From Paecilomyces variotii (taxonomy: Eukaryota): DNA of 64,000 bases. The notes beneath the pieces were generated by a model. That model was not told where the DNA came from. It did no database searches and saw only the letters and a list, made by a program, of their open reading frames with translations. Made by a program: the position numbers and the translations under genes. The stretch lies in NCBI GenBank assembly GCA_004022145.1, contig RCNU01000009.1; one strand, 5' to 3'. How positions within the stretch are numbered: the stretch's first letter is position 1; every line of letters starts with the position of its first letter. This document shows, in pieces, positions 13,459 to 25,442 of this stretch.

Positions 13459-14050
13459 GGTGGTGTTCAGAGGAAGATGGGGGAATGGAGAGGTATGTGG
13501 TATTCGTTATTTCCATGCGGAGGGAAGAAGGAATCTGTGAGAATCTCCAGGATATGATTAAGAGATCTTGTACGTTGTTCGATTTTTTCCAGCGCGAGCT
13601 GGTCCCCTCATCTGAAGAGTTTCGCGGCGGGTTGCGCGTAGATTGGTACACGAAATCACGTGTATGTTACTACTGCTTTAGAGAGGAAGGATGTCTTGAA
13701 TCAACGATTGTGTTACTCAACACTTATTTTACCATAAAAACGGGAGCTTTCAGTTATATTGCATATTGTAGATTGTATATTTCATATCGTAATAATGATA
13801 ATAATATATTGAGTCCGAAAATGGTCTAATCGGCCCCAATTCTGGACCCGCGCGCCTGTCCAGGAATGGGTTCGCTGTGCCAAAGCCATATGTATCCAAA
13901 CGCCGTGAGATAATGCATTGTAAAACGCCGTTGCAGGGCAGATCTGACTGCCATAATGTTCTCCAAAATAGAAAACCCATCGGAAGAATCAATACAGCCA
14001 TGCACCTTCGTCATCGTCATCATAGACGTGTAAGTCTATTGGAAATACCA

Positions 14051-15349
14051 TCAGACAGAACCATATCGTTCGTGGCCATTACCCAGCAGAGATTGTTCCT
14101 CCTGTGCGAGTCTCCGATCCGGGCCCTCCGGGGAAATAGAAGGGATCCAGCCCCTCATCCATCCGCTGACTCTCCTCCATCGGTTGCGGCCTCGCTGCGG
14201 ATCAGCGACTCTGATCACAGGAGCCTCGCCTGCCTCGCCATACATAGCGAATTGGACACCCATGAATCCATCCATAGCAAGGACACCTGCGGCACCAAGA
14301 AAGAATGGTATGGCTCTTCCGACCCATTCCACGCGGTCGTTTCCCTCTGGCCCAACCCAACCGCCACCGCCATATGCCGGGAAGTCGTACCAGGCATTGG
14401 GGTTCGTGACGAGAGACGAAGAGTAGAAGAAGTTTCCACAGAAAGCTGCCATGAACAGTAGCGGTGAGAGCCCTGCAGTACTTTGCCGGCAGTAGTTCTT
14501 GTATAGTTGCGGCAGTCTCGAGCCAAGATAGAGGAGCGTAGACATCCATGATAGTATACGTCCTGCGATCTCGATCGCGGTCTCTGTAGGCTCTTCCTGA
14601 GGCTGCAGTCGCGGAGGAGAGCCTGTGGGAGATGCATTTGCCAGGACAGCACAAAGCATCGACGCCAGGAGAACAGTCTTCGGAGACGCGGTAGGTATCA
14701 CGAGCCCGTTTCCAGCACGGGAGAATGAGCGACTGGACGAGCCCAGTTTTTCGTTACTGTAGGACATAGACCGACTCTCTGTCGTATCAATGAAGGAACC
14801 CTTTCTCTCTGCTGCGTCTTTTGCTTTCGTTTTCGGTGACATTTCGGCCGGGTAAATATCAACGCTGGAGGCATCCTCAAATGGAGAGACGCCTTCGAAG
14901 AATTGTCGACCCTCATCTCCACCGTCAGCAGAATACGTCCCGTTCTTCCCTTTCTTCCATCCACCAAAGTGAGTGTACCAGTAATACTGAAACACGAGCA
15001 CGACATCAACAAATACGTAGTACCCGGCAATGGTCACCTGCCAACCAGCCTGCCGTGTAAATAGCGCGCCTAGGAGATTCGCTGTATCACCCAAGCACCA
15101 CTCGACGAGGAAGAACGGGGACAATCCAGCCGTCGATTTGTAAACGTAGTTCTTATAGATCTGAGGGAGTTGTGCGAACAGCCACGATACGATACTTATT
15201 GTTCCCAGGAGCGAGGAGACGAGGGCGAGAGGCGTAGGAAGGCAGACATGGAAGAATGAAGAAACGGTAGCAAGAAACGGGGTCGTAGGTTCACAATGCT
15301 GAGGAAGAGAAGAAACAAGGCTGGCGTCCTGCAGCCATGGTAAAGACAT
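14051..15349 (-). CDS. Vacuolar PQ-loop repeat membrane transporter (Ypq-like)
   Basis: Intronless 432-aa ORF with two PQ motifs (FAQLPQIYKNY...STAGLS; GSRLPQLYKNY...STAGLS), multiple TM helices and a C-terminal EEQSLL dileucine-type sorting motif. Confidence 0.9.
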   Translation of the reverse strand: MSLPWLQDASLVSSLPQHCEPTTPFLATVSSFFHVCLPTPLALVSSLLGTISIVSWLFAQLPQIYKNYVYKSTAGLSPFFLVEWCLGDTANLLGALFTRQAGWQVTIAGYYVFVDVVLVFQYYWYTHFGGWKKGKNGTYSADGGDEGRQFFEGVSPFEDASSVDIYPAEMSPKTKAKDAAERKGSFIDTTESRSMSYSNEKLGSSSRSFSRAGNGLVIPTASPKTVLLASMLCAVLANASPTGSPPRLQPQEEPTETAIEIAGRILSWMSTLLYLGSRLPQLYKNYCRQSTAGLSPLLFMAAFCGNFFYSSSLVTNPNAWYDFPAYGGGGWVGPEGNDRVEWVGRAIPFFLGAAGVLAMDGFMGVQFAMYGEAGEAPVIRVADPQRGRNRWRRVSGWMRGWIPSISPEGPDRRLAQEEQSLLGNGHERYGSV

Positions 15350-16958
15350 TATCTGGCGGCCAAGCTCAGTCTCTGATGTCCCTGGTCTCTTCTAGGACGG
15401 CGACGATGTTGTCGAGATAGTGAGTCCACACAACCGTCTCAAATATGAGAACTGCGTCCGACAATACCAGGAAGATAAGTTGCCTCGGCGGATGTAAATG
15501 ATCTGGTTATCCGACCCGATATGAAGAGTCACCTCCCGCAATTGCTAATGTGGGGAAACCGGTCGTTATCCAGATAACGGCACAGAGAGTCCGAAAGCGG
15601 ATGATAAGGCTATATCTTATTAGGAAACGACGCACGAAGGATCTCTCCTCGTGCAGACTGTGGAAGAGACAGTGGTATGAGTATGAGGAAGATGAAGAAG
15701 AGTGGAAAGGGAGGAGGACAGCGGACAGGAGGAAAGGAAACGAGACACAATCTAGGGTGAGGCGTGCGAGTCACGCAGACGACGACCGGATGGGGAAGGC
15801 TGGCATAGATAGTTACTCCAACTAACTAACTAATAATATTGATTCCTCCTGGATTATTACTTAGCGGGCTGTGTAAGAACCGTTCACTAGTCAAGTCATA
15901 TCATGCTAACTGACAATTATCAAGCGCTATCTCAGCGATAGAGCCATCTTCCCTTCCGTGGATCCTTCCCCACACGCGTCGGGACGGGCAGGAAGAGAAA
16001 GGGTCTTGCTTTGCAGTCTAGAGTATGGAGTAATGACTTCAGACGACGATCGGATGGGATACAATCCTGATAAGCGAAGTCATCGCCACTCGTCGCGTGT
16101 GCTGGTCACGCTGCATACCTTTGACCGTCTGTGCGAGGCGAAGAGGATGTTCAAGCGGAGAAGCGGTGGAGTCTGACTCCGAGGACGGCGCTGATAACAA
16201 CAGGCTCGTCGGTGGGATCGTCGATCATCCTCGAGTGAGGCTCCCATTTGACCTGCGGTTTCATCATGCATCAGCTCAACTGCTGGACCTCAGAGGACAG
16301 CTGAGAGAACAGAGTTGGTGAGGACCTGAGAGGAGAGGAGAGAGATCCGGGAGATCTCGCGCTTGACGTTCCTGCTTCCGCCCGGATCTCCATCACATCA
16401 TTCGCGTATTATCCTTGATTCCAGCGATCTACGTGGCTGGCTGAAAATGTGGAATCATGCCTCTCTCAGCTTGGGCTAATAATAAGAGTTACCAGACTAC
16501 GGGGATGCGTATATCGACCGCGTTCGGCCCAACTGTCGTCCTGTACGTTATGATAACACCGGTTGCAAGAGTCCAGCAACAAGTCATTACTACATTTATT
16601 ATTGCCACGCAGTGCTGCGACACCCACTGATCAAATTATTGAATCTATCTAGTTAAAAACGGGCCATGGCCCATGAAATCCAGGGACGCTGTCCACAAGA
16701 TCTCTCGAATCGAAGAGAAACATGTCCACCTATTTGAACTTTTTCATGGACATAGATACGAAGCGACGGCAATGCCGTACCACATGAGAACCGAAGCGGT
16801 CACCGAATAAAAGAACTGCAGGTGTAACCCCCCAGTCACGAAATGAAAGGTATGGTCCATCCATGACCAAACTGCATCTCTCAAATGTTACAAATTTCTA
16901 TACAAAGAACCGGAAGTTCCAATCTCCAGTCAAGCAGGTACCTGCCAGAGGCGAGCAA

Positions 16959-17771
16959 TTACTGCCATGCATTTCCTGCCACCCAAGCTGCAGCGAAAAC
17001 GATCCCTGCCATTTTCCGGGATCGTCTTTCAGTACGGGAACCTTCGCCTGCAAGAATATCGAATGCATTCCCGGATCCTCCGAATCCTCTGGTAGCTTCA
17101 GGGGGTATCGAATTCGTCGAAGATGAAGACGAGGACGAGGAGGAGACAGAAGATGCCGGGCTTGGAGGTTTCACGGCAGCCGTAGTGATTGCTGTCTCTG
17201 CGGCACTGGTGACACTAGAGCTGAGTGTCGAAGGTGCTGTTGATATTGCAGAGGTTGCCTCTGCCGTTGTGCTCGAGGTTGTGGTTGCCGCTGCAGTAGT
17301 CTGCGGGAGCTGCGAAGTAGATGTCCGCGTAGTGCTCGCTTGGTCGGACGTAGTAGGGGCTTCACTTTGGCTAGTTGTCGTTTCTTCCATCGAAGTAGTC
17401 TCAGCTGTCTCGGGTTCACTGGTACTTTGGCTCGAGGAATCTGAGTTGGAGTCCGGACAGAGCGTCGACACTCCGAGTCCCTGAAAGAAGAGGCCTATCA
17501 AGGTATCTTTCCCCGCCTGCGATCCTTCGCATGCCTTGTTCACCACCACGTTAATCGTCTGCAATCCTGCTATACACTGCGACGAGCATGAGTGCCCTTT
17601 CTTGAAATCTTCTGTAGAGCAGCCAGGGATCGAGGCGATCCAGACAGCCGTGCAAGTCGCCGAAAATGACGAGATAGATTGGAAGTCTGACAACGAAACA
17701 GCCCTCGCGTATGAGATGTAGGGGAATAAAAGAAATGTCAGGAATAGAGGCGTCTTCCGCGGCAGGATCAT
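16959..17771 (-). CDS. Secreted or cell-surface protein: signal peptide, 6-Cys domain, Ser/Thr-rich stalk, possible GPI signal
   Basis: ATG at 17771 (MILPRKTPLFLTFLLFPYISYARA); six Cys in about 85 aa; long S/T tract; ends GGSGNAFDILAG...MAGIVFAAAWVAGNAWQ. Confidence 0.75.
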   Translation of the reverse strand: MILPRKTPLFLTFLLFPYISYARAVSLSDFQSISSFSATCTAVWIASIPGCSTEDFKKGHSCSSQCIAGLQTINVVVNKACEGSQAGKDTLIGLFFQGLGVSTLCPDSNSDSSSQSTSEPETAETTSMEETTTSQSEAPTTSDQASTTRTSTSQLPQTTAAATTTSSTTAEATSAISTAPSTLSSSVTSAAETAITTAAVKPPSPASSVSSSSSSSSSTNSIPPEATRGFGGSGNAFDILAGEGSRTERRSRKMAGIVFAAAWVAGNAWQ

Positions 17772-19490
17772 TGCGGTAATTGCCATCCAGGAAGCTGACA
17801 CGAGTGGACGAATTGTCTACCCAGCCAAGACCAGAAAATATGGTTGGTCTCAAACGTCGTTCCACGAGAGCTGATAGATCTCGCTGCCAGGGGGGATAAA
17901 TTATATGCAACCGTTCTCAAGGTCGTCAGTGTCGTAGCACATCTGCCGTATTATCGCGGAGATATATGCTACCTGGCAGAAGTGTAGCAGAAAGGTAGAC
18001 GGAAGCACAAAGCCCAAGTAGATGAGACGAAAAAAGAGTCTGATCGAAATTCGACGAACTAGAAAAAAGGAAAGCGCACGAATGCTCTTCTATCTAACCA
18101 GAAGCCACAGAGATTATCCAGCTAGTAGCTTTCTAGGTCAGGGACAGCAGCAAGGCCGGGCAATAATGCGCTGCAAAGTACTACCCAGCAGTAAATGATC
18201 ATGCATTAGTGTCCAGCACTATTCTAGCAGTGCGTGATTGCACTGGTCGACTGCATGTCGCTGTGTATCAAGAAGAAAATAGCACTTCGAGGCTTGAACC
18301 ACGATATGCCAGTAGAATTGAGACCGAAACACGGCGGCGACACCGGAAAGGATAGAAGAAATCGTCCCAATATTATAACAGGCACAGCATAACCAAGTGT
18401 GTCAGAATCGACTTTTCTCTCCCCAGCAGACATCTCCAGCTGGAAGATCGTTTTAGAGTTTCCCATCATAGCCGATCAATGACGGTCTCTATATCAAATA
18501 ATCAACGGCTATTACCCCTTGCAGTTTGTAGGAGTGGGTAGAGATGGACGGGCGATTTACACCCGTGACGAATGGTAAACGACATCCGAGCTTCCCAGAT
18601 CGTAGGTGAGACATACCTTTGGAGATGGTTCGTATCAGGCGCCTGCTCTGGCTGAAACTGCAGCACCATGAAAGTCCCCATTGACAGTTGCTTTACTGCT
18701 TTGGGTAGGTATCCTGAAACAGGAGAGACGGAGACCATAGAAAATCATTGGTGGTTGAGAGTGCAGCCCGGCGCTTAGCTAATGTGACCATACTCAATGT
18801 CGCTCACCATTCGGTGAAAACTCGCTACTAGCAGGATATGCTTTACATTTTGTAAATATCAAAAATCGTCATAGTTGTTTTAGAGAGCTGCGATCTCCAT
18901 CGGTGGCTGTTTGTTATACGACTAGTAGTGGGGAGCCGGACCGACACGGAGCGGCACGCAATCCCCTCTTAAGGTAACTTATCTCCAGCGTCTTCTTGAG
19001 GCCCTTTCTTCAGTTGTTTCAATGACCAGGGCGTGCTGTAGATCTGAAGATCCTATAGCGACCGAGCTCATTGTTTGGCTGAGAAGTCTTTCATATATGT
19101 TATCACTACTCCGTACTACTATCTAGAGATAGTGCGATTGGCCATGTCAAGCAAAGCAGTGAGATGTTTTTGGTTCTTAAAATTCTTCGGATGAAGTGGC
19201 TTCTTCCAAGGTTTCAAATTCCACTAGATTGTTACATTCAGATCACTCATATCTGTCTATAGATAGAACTGGATACAACATTAAGTCATAGCACTCATCA
19301 ACAAGGTCATTATTCCAGTCATAAGGAGTCCAACCGTCGAGTCTCAGCACGAGAGATGAAGAGCTTCGAGAACACCAGAAAGAAATAAAAAAACAAGCCC
19401 CTCGCAAGAAAGGTCATAATGCAGAGATATAAGAGACGTTAGGATAGAATTAGAAGACCCGTCAACTGCCAGAGTTGCCAGGATCATTGA

Positions 19491-20280
19491 TCACCACTTG
19501 CCACCCCACGAGCTCCCGCCGAAAATGCTGCCATGGCTACTTCCTGGATGTCCTGAGCCTTCATGGTGTCTATGTTCTTTGATCTTATCCCCGATGATGT
19601 TCCCGAGGATTGCACCACCAACGGCACCCAAGAATCCATGGTTCTTCTTGTGACCCAGGTAGTAGCCCGCTGCGCCACCGATCAGGGAACTGCCCAGGCC
19701 ACGCTCGCCGTCGGCGGCGTTGGGATCTGCGCCGGGAGCACCTTCGCCGTATTGAGCGTGAGGGTTGCTGGGGTCATATGGTGGCTGTTGTTGCTGCTGT
19801 TGAGGGTTAGGCGAGGGTGAGTAGCCGCGTGTATTGTCAGGTGGTCCACTGGAGGAAAATGAGTCAGCTCCTGCTTTCTCAATCTATGGTATGCGGCAAA
19901 TAATGCTCGAGCAGTATGGGATAGACGTACTAATATCCATAATGGCCCTGCGGGTTGCTATTGTCATAAGCACCGAACTGATGATCGGCCTGGCCGTGCT
20001 GGAAACCACCGGCCATCGGAGGACCAAAGCTGTCTTGTCTCCGTGGCGGTCCGAAGTTCTCAGGCGGAGCGCCTTGGTATGGCACTGGGGGCTGATATGC
20101 GTTATGCGGCTGCTGGTATGGGTAGGCGGGGTCTTGCTGTGGTGGTTGTTGGTAGCCTCCGTATGCTGGTGGATGTGGCTGGTAGGAAGGGTCTTGATAA
20201 TATTGACCTCCTGGAGGCGGGGGAGGGGCGTATCCTCCAGGCGCTGGAGGGGAATAATGCTGGTTGTACGGGTCAGACAT
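19491..20280 (-). CDS. Pro/Gln/Tyr/Gly-rich protein with a C-terminal glycine-zipper motif, exons 20280-19931 and 19848-19491
   Basis: Intron GTACGT..CTGAC..CAG joins [12 protein letters not shown]... to GPPDNTRG...[49 protein letters not shown]...GGKW*. Confidence 0.8.
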
Positions 20281-20948
20281 GGTGTTGATGTGATAGGAGA
20301 TGTGGTTGTATAGAGAAGAGGGGAGCTCTTCGAGATATTTGCTGGGTTGTTATTGAAGAAATTTTCAAGCAATAGACCAGGGAGGATGCGGAGATAATAT
20401 ATACGTTGGCAGATTCGTACACTGTACACTACATGTACTGGTAAGCGCTCCACCATTCCCCAGTGGAGGGGCCGAACAGCCGTTCAGTTGATTAGACTAG
20501 TTAACTAGAGCTCTAGGGCTGAGCAGCAGTGCCACTTGGTGCCCATGACGTTCCGGCCCGCCGTTAGCAAGGCGCAGCAGGAGATTCGAATCCTTCTGTA
20601 TTCTAGCGGGTTTCTAAGCGTCTAAGCCTCGCTTGTAACTATGGCGAAGTGAAGGCGATTGCACTCAGTTAACGGTCATTTTCTCGAAGATTTGTGCCCG
20701 TTTGTCGTATCACCTGATCACTTACCACGTGGTTAGGTGGTAGTTAAGAGAAGGTGATCATTAACTAGCAAGTCCTTCTCTTCCACTAAGTAATCAATCG
20801 ACTTATCCATCACCTACCCCTAGACCTGCATCCTCTGGATTCTCTGGATCCTACCCTTCATTAGAGGACATATGTAGCATCCACGTTTCTACTGACATTG
20901 CGTTAGGTTACCTACTTTGCACCTTGAAGAAGCAGAACTGGCATAACG

Positions 20949-22302
20949 TTGGAGGACCAGTCATCTCCGTCTAATGATGATGGGCGAAATGTCCATTTTT
21001 TCAATAGTTCGATGAATGACATGTTGGGCGGGCTATTACCGAATCTTCACTCCTATTATTTTTGGACTCCACGGGTTCTACCAACAAGCTGCTCTCTTTA
21101 CAACAAACCAAGAGTTCCAGCAATATCTACAGAAAATAATCCCAAGCCAAACGCAGTCCCAATGGAACCAAAATACCTTATTTAAAGTGCCATTGGCACA
21201 GCAGGAGCAGGTCTCGAGAGGGAAAGCTACCTATTGGGCCGAGAATAATTTCGATCTATGGACCAAAACCATTCTGCACCTATCAGTTCTATTCAGAATG
21301 GCTTTCTTCTTCAGTCATCTATACATCAATTATTTAACGATTATTCAATTTCAGTGAACCCAGATGTGAGTGGTTTTACCTATTGTATAGGGATATAACG
21401 GATATTCCGCTAATTCATCTGAAGGATAATTATAAGATTACTTGTTTTATCCCTGATAACTTTGGATTAGATGGAAGAATCCTTGACCCTGTATGTCTGT
21501 TGATGAATCCTGCTGATTCGGATGAAATTGGGAGATTCATCAACAAATGGTAGCATGTCCCATCAATCCAGGCATCTCCAACCATAAACCATCGTTTTCC
21601 TGTGTTCCAGGGCTCTCGCAGGGTTTTCCTGCTGTCTTGTCAAAAGCTAGGTTGATCGTCGTGATCGACACCGCTAGCACCCCTCCCCGCTGACTGCACT
21701 GTATCTACCCCATCAAGATCTCATCGAACGCCATCGATATTATCATCAGTTGAGCTCTAGAAACCTTGTGTAACCAGTCTACTGTTGTGTCTATTGTTTT
21801 GTCTGAGTTCTGTTGTCCTATTGACTGAGGCCCTCGCTGGCTACTCCGTGGTCAAGTCGTACCTCAACGCCGTGGTGGCATCATTTTTTCATCATTTTTT
21901 TCATCTCCTGCATCATCTTCATCTCCCAATTTCATCCGAATCAGCAGGATTCATCAACAATGTCGAAATCCTGCCGACCCAAATCGTGTCTCAGATAATG
22001 TCTTGCGCTGGCACTTTCGACAGAGCATTCTTAGAAACATGAGGGGAGCTGGGGAGCCTTCATGGGAACATGACTTCCCACCAGGATCTGATATGTTAAG
22101 AGAGATTCTAGAGGGACCGTTTCCAATTGAACGGTTCGAAATGGAACTTTCAGCTAGACTACAGGGGTGGCCAACGAGACCAGGACTTGACTCAGTGATA
22201 CGGAGGGACAAAAGACCAAAAGAAGGGATATGGATGGCACAGGTAATACGAGACATCAGTTATGTATTGTTCTTTAGGAAGCTGCCCGCATACATTATCT
22301 AG
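20949..22302 (+). pseudogene. Fungal HNH-endonuclease (HNH_2-type) pseudogene: frameshifted, apparently internally deleted, interrupted by a MITE
   Basis: Fragments in several frames: GRNVHFFNS...LGGL; TYWAENNFDLW; ISSIQNGFLLQSSIHQLFNDYSISVNPD, intron 21366-21424, DNYKITCFIPDNFGLDGRILDPVC, insertion, RNPADPNRVSDNVLRWHFRQSILRNMRGAGEPSWEHDFPPGSDMLREILEGP...ERFEMELSARL. These match the conserved C-terminal block of fungal HNH proteins as I recall it. Frame change near 21260; the expected central C-x-ITG/AAHI segment is not visible. Confidence 0.8.
21498..21959. mobile_element. 462-bp non-autonomous TIR DNA transposon (MITE-like), 39-bp perfect TIRs, 5-bp TSD ATGTC
   Basis: Left TIR 21498-21536 TGTTGATGAATCCTGCTGATTCGGATGAAATTGGGAGAT is the exact reverse complement of 21921-21959. 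ATGTC is duplicated at 21493-21497 and 21960-21964. No transposase ORF inside. Confidence 0.95.
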
Positions 22303-22847
22303 ACAGAAGTAGTCCTATTATGGAGCATACTTAGGGAAGGCAAACAGAACAGATGGTTCAATTGATCTGCATGATATCCTCTAGTTCAGCTTGTGTCTGA
22401 ATCCAATGAAATATTTGAAAGAAGCATGACAATAATTGTGACGGCGATGTTATGTTAACTGTTTAGATACTGCCCCAAAGCACAGCAGGGCCGGAACTAG
22501 CTTACGTAATGCAATCATGTGCAACGAGAGTATGCGAGAAACCCAGGTCAAGGAAATAAAGCGCCACAATTAGTTGTGGCGGATATAAGAATCGTTGATA
22601 TGTATCGAGACAAGCATAGGGGTATTTAGAGGAATGAACAAAGAAGCCGGACGTCCAAACCGTCAGAGAACTGAAATGAAAAGGGGTAAAAGTAGGAACG
22701 AAGCATGCCCAGGTGAAATAGTAGGTTAAGAAAGAAAGGAGGAAAAGAAAGTTGGGCGGTTCGCATCGGATAAAATCATCATGAACAGCTCCAAATAGCT
22801 GTCGTTTCGTTGCAAGAAGAGCTTTCTCAAGCACCTTCCTGAATACT

Positions 22848-25442
22848 TTATTTGACCGCGACCTTCTCAGTCTTGCGGGATATCCATTTCCCTAGCAGGT
22901 CATCAAGTTGACCAGACATCTCTTTGAGCCGCCTGCTTTCTTCCTTGAAGAGACTACCGGTGATAGGATGATCGGGTCCGGCCGGTGGTACATTGGACTT
23001 GTCATGAACAATGATGAGCAAGTCCCGGATGTCATTCTCATTTTCCAAGTAGGATAGCAGGCTAGCATCGCTCCACGTAGGAGTCGGGGCAGATGAAGAG
23101 GGGGCGGTGTCGGGAGCTCCATCTTCGTGCTTAGACTCGGGCGCCTCGACAAGTTCAGGAGAAGGCGATGACAGAGGGGATACAGGCTGCTCTTCCGGCG
23201 ACGAAGTATCGGCCATTAGGCCAGGAGGTTGTGTGGATGACTGGGTGTCTATAGGCGATACATCCACCGGTGACACCCGCGCGGCACTCTGTCCCTTTTG
23301 GGGATGTTGCGGCGGAGACACCCGGAGTCCGGCCTGTTTCGGCGCCATCTGGGCCATAGGGCCCTGTCGCGGTTCAGTGTCTCTTGGTTTCGACCGATCC
23401 ACGGCCGGTTGCACAGAAGCACTGAAATTAGACTTGTTCGGAGAGTATATATCCACATCGACCTTCGTTTGTTCCTTCGAAGCAGCCTCAGAAGTGCGCA
23501 AACGAAGGGGTTGCGGTTCTGGAACATCTTCCATTTGCGAAGACGTAACCTGGCGGATTGATGGGCCAAAGTTCTCTTTCGTCGGAGAGATCTTGTCGCT
23601 AGAAGCTTCCTGACCGGCAGATACTTGCTGCACTTCATTCGTAGACGATGCCTCGACAGGTGGCTGTTTCTGTAACTTGCTGGTCTGTCGTTGTGGACCT
23701 TGAGCTTTCGGAGAGCGGGATTCGAGAGACTCGGACGATGTCTTCGGCGGTGGTGACGAACGAGAGAGCTCCTCAGAGGATTTCCCGTGCTCTTCGCCCT
23801 CATCTTCGGCCGTTTTGCTCTTCTTATCCTTCCTCTTGAAAAGGCCACTGAGCATACCGGACTTCTTGTCCTTGCGCTTCTTATCGTCTTTGTCCTTCTC
23901 TTTGTCCTTGTCTCCCGCAGCCAGCTCCTTTTCAATTCTCTCCATGCTTTCACGACTCTTTAAAGCATATCAGCGGAAGTGATCCAGAAGTAGTACTATT
24001 GCTGAGCTTACCTCTTTTGCCTCAGTGGAAAGACCGTTTGCAGCCGAGTCATCCCGCAGAAGGTTTGGTGTAAGAGATATCTTCTTCGTTTCTACACTGT
24101 CGTCTTTGAAGAAAGAATCCGTGTTTCGCACGGTTCCATTTCTGGATCTGCTCACCGTAGGCTCTTTAAACGAAGTAGGTTAGCTAGGAACGGCATATTT
24201 TGCGACACTGCTCTTACCCTGTGCATCAAGCATCTCCTCGCTTGTCCGGGGATTCTCCGAAGTTGTAGGATCTGACTCCTGAGCATCTTGCGAGGCATCA
24301 ATCTCCTCAGCTGTCTTTTCCTTGGATTGCTTTGGCCTCAAAGGTTGGACGACAATGTCGGGATCCTGCTCTTCATGCACATCTTGGGCATCTCGGCTGG
24401 ATACTTCCACGTTGTCGTCGAAATAATCATGTTCATCCTGTTCCTCGTCTGTTGAGTATTCGACATCAGATGCCTCAACATACGTGGGAGCTGTAAAGGT
24501 GACTGTCTTGGCATTCCTCCGGCGCATTGCCTTCTTGAGAGGGTTTTTGGACTTTTCATGGTTGTCCCCAAGCATTGTTGCCGAGAGCTGAATCTATTAG
24601 AAAGTGATTGAAACCATGGAGTCATAGACTTACGTCAATGTTCCGGTGTTTGTTCAACCGGGCAAGTCTTTCAGTTGGTGTTTCGATATGTTCGGCCGGA
24701 AGATAACCTACTATTGTTAGCTGTGTTGGTGCTACGGGGAAACACAACACAACACATACCAATGCTTCCGTCTTTAACAACACGTACGAGCCACCAATAA
24801 CTGTTGCTGTCGTCAAGCAGGACCATGGTATCTCCCTTTGTCGCGTTTGCTTGTCCCTCGACCGTCGCAACAAACGTGTGAAGCGCATAGACAAACTCGA
24901 AATCGATATCCTCTGTTTTCCATCAGCACTTGGCTTCCAGGATTGAATCACTAGACTGGATATGCTGAAAGCACCCACCATCGTCAATAGAAGGAGAACT
25001 CGAAATCTTATCCATCATATCGTCGTCCAGGAGGTCGTCTCCTTCTCCGTCAACAAGCTCTTCCTCCTCCGCAGATCCTCCACCTGCGCCATTGCCGTAA
25101 TTTCCATTTCCTCCGTCCTCTGAGGCCATCTCATCTGGTTCGTCATAGATATCCACTCCATTTTGATGTTCGTCGCCTGGTCCCGCGCTATGGATCTCTC
25201 CTCTCGTATCACGTTCTGCATGGCGCATTGACTGTTCTTGGTGGGGCGCTGGTCGGCCGGGCCCAGCTGGACGCGTCTGTTGCCGTGTATGGTCCTGAGC
25301 TGAGGCTTCTTGCTGTTGACTTTGAAGGTCAATGGTATCTATATCCACATCTTAGCTCGGTCGATCGGTCTCTCAGTGGACCACAGCCATAATGAAGCCA
25401 ACTGGTTGACATACCAGCACGAATGATCTGTGGTCTCGTCAT
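22848..25442 (-). CDS. teaC: SH3-domain cell-end marker protein (TeaC/Tea4/Bud14 family), about 7 exons
   Basis: Starts MTRPQIIRA/DTIDLQ (short first exon 25442-25415); SH3 IDFEFVYALHTFVATVEGQANATKGDTMVLLDDSNSYWWLVRVVKDGSIGYLPAEHIETPTERLARLNKHRN; PP1-binding RVxF-like KTVTF; last exon ends at 22848. Confidence 0.85.

Noticed and set aside
16885-17484. 199-aa hydrophobic plus-strand ORF
   Set aside because: Antisense shadow of the Ser/Thr-rich secreted protein.
20575-20600. GATTCGAATCC resembling a tRNA T-loop/B-box
   Set aside because: No acceptor stem, D-arm or anticodon arm could be folded around it.
21498-21959. Solo LTR interpretation (TG...CA, 5-bp TSD)
   Set aside because: LTR ends normally have only short imperfect inverted repeats; 39-bp perfect TIRs favour a TIR DNA element. 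Not fully excluded without a search.
21491-21994. MITE removed as an intron using GTATGT at 21491 and the CAG at 21994
   Set aside because: This splice also removes 37 nt of original exon and shifts the frame, so it does not rescue the gene.
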